A stretch of DNA of 41,827 bases from Candidatus Marinamargulisbacteria bacterium (GTDB lineage Bacteria > Margulisbacteria > Marinamargulisbacteria > SXXA01 > JAHFDB01): the NCBI GenBank assembly GCA_964202165.1, contig CAXNHA010000001.1, forward strand, positions 1 through 41,827, in the 5' to 3' direction. Positions 40,051 to 41,827 of this stretch are shown here, one piece after another. The translations under genes and the position numbers were made by a program. Within the stretch, counting starts at the first letter, position 1, and every line of letters begins with the position of its first letter. Under the pieces are notes generated by a model. It did not search any database. It saw only the letters and a program-made list of their open reading frames with translations, and was not told the DNA's origin.

Positions 40051-41515
40051 ACAAACACAAGTCTATTTGGTAGGTGCAGGACCCGGAGATCCTGAGCTGA
40101 TTACCGTAAAAGGCCGCAGAATCCTATCGTGTGCGGATGTGGTGTTGTATGATTTTTTGGCACATCCCTCACTGTTGGCCTATTGCAAACCAGAGGCTGT
40201 ATTGATTGGGGTTGGGAAGAAAAAAGGATACCACCTAAAAACTCAAGCTCAGATCCATCGGCTTATCAAAAAATGGGTTAAAAAAGGAAAAACTGTGGTG
40301 AGGCTCAAGGGAGGAGACCCCCTGATGTTTGGTCGGGGTGGAGAAGAAATGGCCTATTTGCAAAAACAAGGGATTTTGTTTGAGGTTGTTCCAGGTGTCA
40401 CTTCTGCCAATGGCATTGCGGCCTATGTGGGCATTCCGCTAACCCATCGGACATTGTCTCGATCGGTTGCTTTTGTCACTGGCAGTCCCAGCCAAGGAGA
40501 TGTTATGGACAGCATTTGTATCCCTGAAGCAGACACCCTTGTTTTTTTTATGGGATTGTCTCATCTGCCCTATCTCGTTCAACGGTTATTGGCTTTCTCT
40601 TCTTTTGATACAACAACACCTGTGGCCTTTGTTTGCAAAGGCACTTTGGCTCACCAAAAGGTGATCATGAGTACACTGGGTACGATAGAAGAAGATGCAA
40701 AACGTATACAGGAAACCCCCGTATTGTGGATTGTTGGCTCTGTTGTCACCTTGGCGTCTCAACTGGGCTGGAGAAACCGATTGCTTCTTTTGGACAGAAG
40801 AATTGTGATTGCTCGTTCTTCCACTCACAATGAGCAATGGGCAAATCGTCTATCGGATTTGGGTGCTGAGGTTGTTGTCTTTCCGTTGATAAGACCCACG
40901 CTTTTTATGCAAGGGGTACGTCAATTAACCTTGTCAAAATGTCGTTCGGCCACAACACTTATTTTTACAAGTGCCAACGGGGTGCGGTTTTTCTTTGAGA
41001 TATTGGCTCAAAAAAAGATAGGGGTTGAGTGGGTTTCCCAGCTCAAAATAATCGCTGTAGGCCCCCAAACTGCACACGCGATCTCTGAATACGGTTTGAG
41101 TGCATATGAGGCTCCTACCTCTCAACAAGAGGGAGTGATGGCCTTGTTGGATACGTGGCCATCGCTACAATGCGAGACGATAATGATACCTGGTGCCAAA
41201 GACAGTCGCCCTGATCTGGCAAATTGGCTACAGGCAAAAGAGGTGACCACCCATATAATTCCCGTATATAAAACAGAAAAATTGACACCGCCCTATTGGC
41301 CTATTCAAACAGGGGACTATGTGTGGTTTACCAGCTCGTCCACAGCAGAAGCTTTTTTTTCGCATCCGGATTTTTTGGACACCCTACACATCAACGCTTG
41401 TTGCCTAGGACCTATCACAGCTGCCACTGTCAAAAGCCATTACAAGGGTCCCTGCCTTGTGGCAAAAAAAGCCACATTTGAGGCCATGGTAGAGGCTATG
41501 ATGGCTTCGTCGTAA
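40040..41515 (+). CDS. cobA: Fused uroporphyrinogen-III C-methyltransferase / uroporphyrinogen-III synthase
   Basis: The SUMT motifs VYLVGAGPGDPELITVKG, LKGGDPLMFGRGGEE and VPGVTSA lie in the first ~250 aa. A HemD-like half follows (RIVIARSS...LIFTSANGV...WFTSSSTAEAF). The start is at either 40016 or 40040 (MVYKQTQVYLVGAG). I favour 40040. Confidence 0.87.
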   Translation: MVYKQTQVYLVGAGPGDPELITVKGRRILSCADVVLYDFLAHPSLLAYCKPEAVLIGVGKKKGYHLKTQAQIHRLIKKWVKKGKTVVRLKGGDPLMFGRGGEEMAYLQKQGILFEVVPGVTSANGIAAYVGIPLTHRTLSRSVAFVTGSPSQGDVMDSICIPEADTLVFFMGLSHLPYLVQRLLAFSSFDTTTPVAFVCKGTLAHQKVIMSTLGTIEEDAKRIQETPVLWIVGSVVTLASQLGWRNRLLLLDRRIVIARSSTHNEQWANRLSDLGAEVVVFPLIRPTLFMQGVRQLTLSKCRSATTLIFTSANGVRFFFEILAQKKIGVEWVSQLKIIAVGPQTAHAISEYGLSAYEAPTSQQEGVMALLDTWPSLQCETIMIPGAKDSRPDLANWLQAKEVTTHIIPVYKTEKLTPPYWPIQTGDYVWFTSSSTAEAFFSHPDFLDTLHINACCLGPITAATVKSHYKGPCLVAKKATFEAMVEAMMASS

Positions 41516-41533
41516 GGCGATCTATATCAGGCA

Positions 41534-41827
41534 TCACGAAACTATTTCCTCTTCGCTCAATCCTGTTATGCCCATCACCTGATCCAATGCTATACCAGAG
41601 GCCAGCATCTTTTTGGCGATGGTGAGTTGGGCTTTTTTCTCGCCCTCAGCCAGACCTTCTTTTTTCCCTTTTTCCATGCCTTTTTCCATGCCTTTTATTT
41701 CTGCGGTGTATAGTATAGAAGCCTCGTCTCGTAGCCATTTGAGCCGGGCTTCATAGAGAATAAAGTCAGAGTCATCCATTCTAGTGGTCTCAAAAATATC
41801 CATGGCTTTTTGCAACAGAGGTTCTTG
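41534..41827 (-). CDS. C-terminal part of an Rpn/YhgA-like (PD-(D/E)XK) putative recombination-promoting nuclease/transposase; 5' end lies beyond the window
   Basis: The frame is open to the right edge (...QEPLLQKAMDIFETT...). The tail YEARLKWLRDEASILYTAEIKGMEKGMEKGKKEGLAEGEKKAQLTIAKKMLASGIALDQVMGITGLSEEEI matches from memory the characteristic C-terminus of this family. The nuclease core itself is outside the window. Confidence 0.5.
   Translation of the reverse strand, partial: QEPLLQKAMDIFETTRMDDSDFILYEARLKWLRDEASILYTAEIKGMEKGMEKGKKEGLAEGEKKAQLTIAKKMLASGIALDQVMGITGLSEEEIVS
41669..41692. repeat. Perfect 12-nt tandem duplication (tttttccatgcc x2) inside the Rpn-like gene
   Basis: Positions 41669-41680 equal 41681-41692. 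The duplication is in frame and encodes the repeated MEKG-MEKG. Confidence 0.8.

Overview
This is a 41.8-kb chromosomal segment from an unidentified bacterium. By eye the sequence is moderately AT-rich, and it is very tightly packed. The standard genetic code applies, since TGA is used as a stop in xerC/D, nadA and uvrC. I support about 40 protein genes, nearly all housekeeping.

Minus strand, 20338 to 1: Nudix, xerC/D, M50 protease, giant ORF, YkgJ-like, gap, pgk, DUF5665-like, lspA, rlu, gyrB, gyrA. gyrA is absent from the ORF track because it runs off the left edge.

Plus strand, 20424-22751: ferredoxin, nadA, smpB, SRPBCC.

Minus strand, 31293 to 22764: rsmH, ahpC, sodA, asd, methyltransferase, eno, ftsB-like, PASTA pseudokinase, ribD.

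Plus strand, 31426-41515: rpsF, ssb, ssb, rpsR, rplI, uvrC, M23 peptidase, ctpA, hemA, hemC, sirC, cobA/hemD.

Right edge, minus strand: a partial Rpn/YhgA-like nuclease gene.

I found no rRNA, tRNA, CRISPR array, IS element or prophage block.

The stand-out is one uninterrupted 10.5-kb ORF of 3,514 aa (7697-18241, minus strand). It has a signal peptide and about 35 copies of a tail-fibre-type G-x-V-G-I-G-T-x-x-P-x-x-x-L-x-V-x-G motif. It also has alternating large internal modules and a distinct C-terminal DYAEY domain plus coiled coil. Its stop overlaps the start of a YkgJ-type cysteine-cluster protein by 1 nt.

Secondary oddities:
- a PASTA-domain Ser/Thr kinase homologue with every catalytic motif substituted
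- two tandem SSB paralogues inside the S6-S18 operon
- a UvrC lacking the C-terminal HhH2 domain
- a short HemA
- several genes without a Shine-Dalgarno sequence that look leaderless
- pervasive start/stop overlaps

All functional calls come from motif recognition by eye; no database search was possible.
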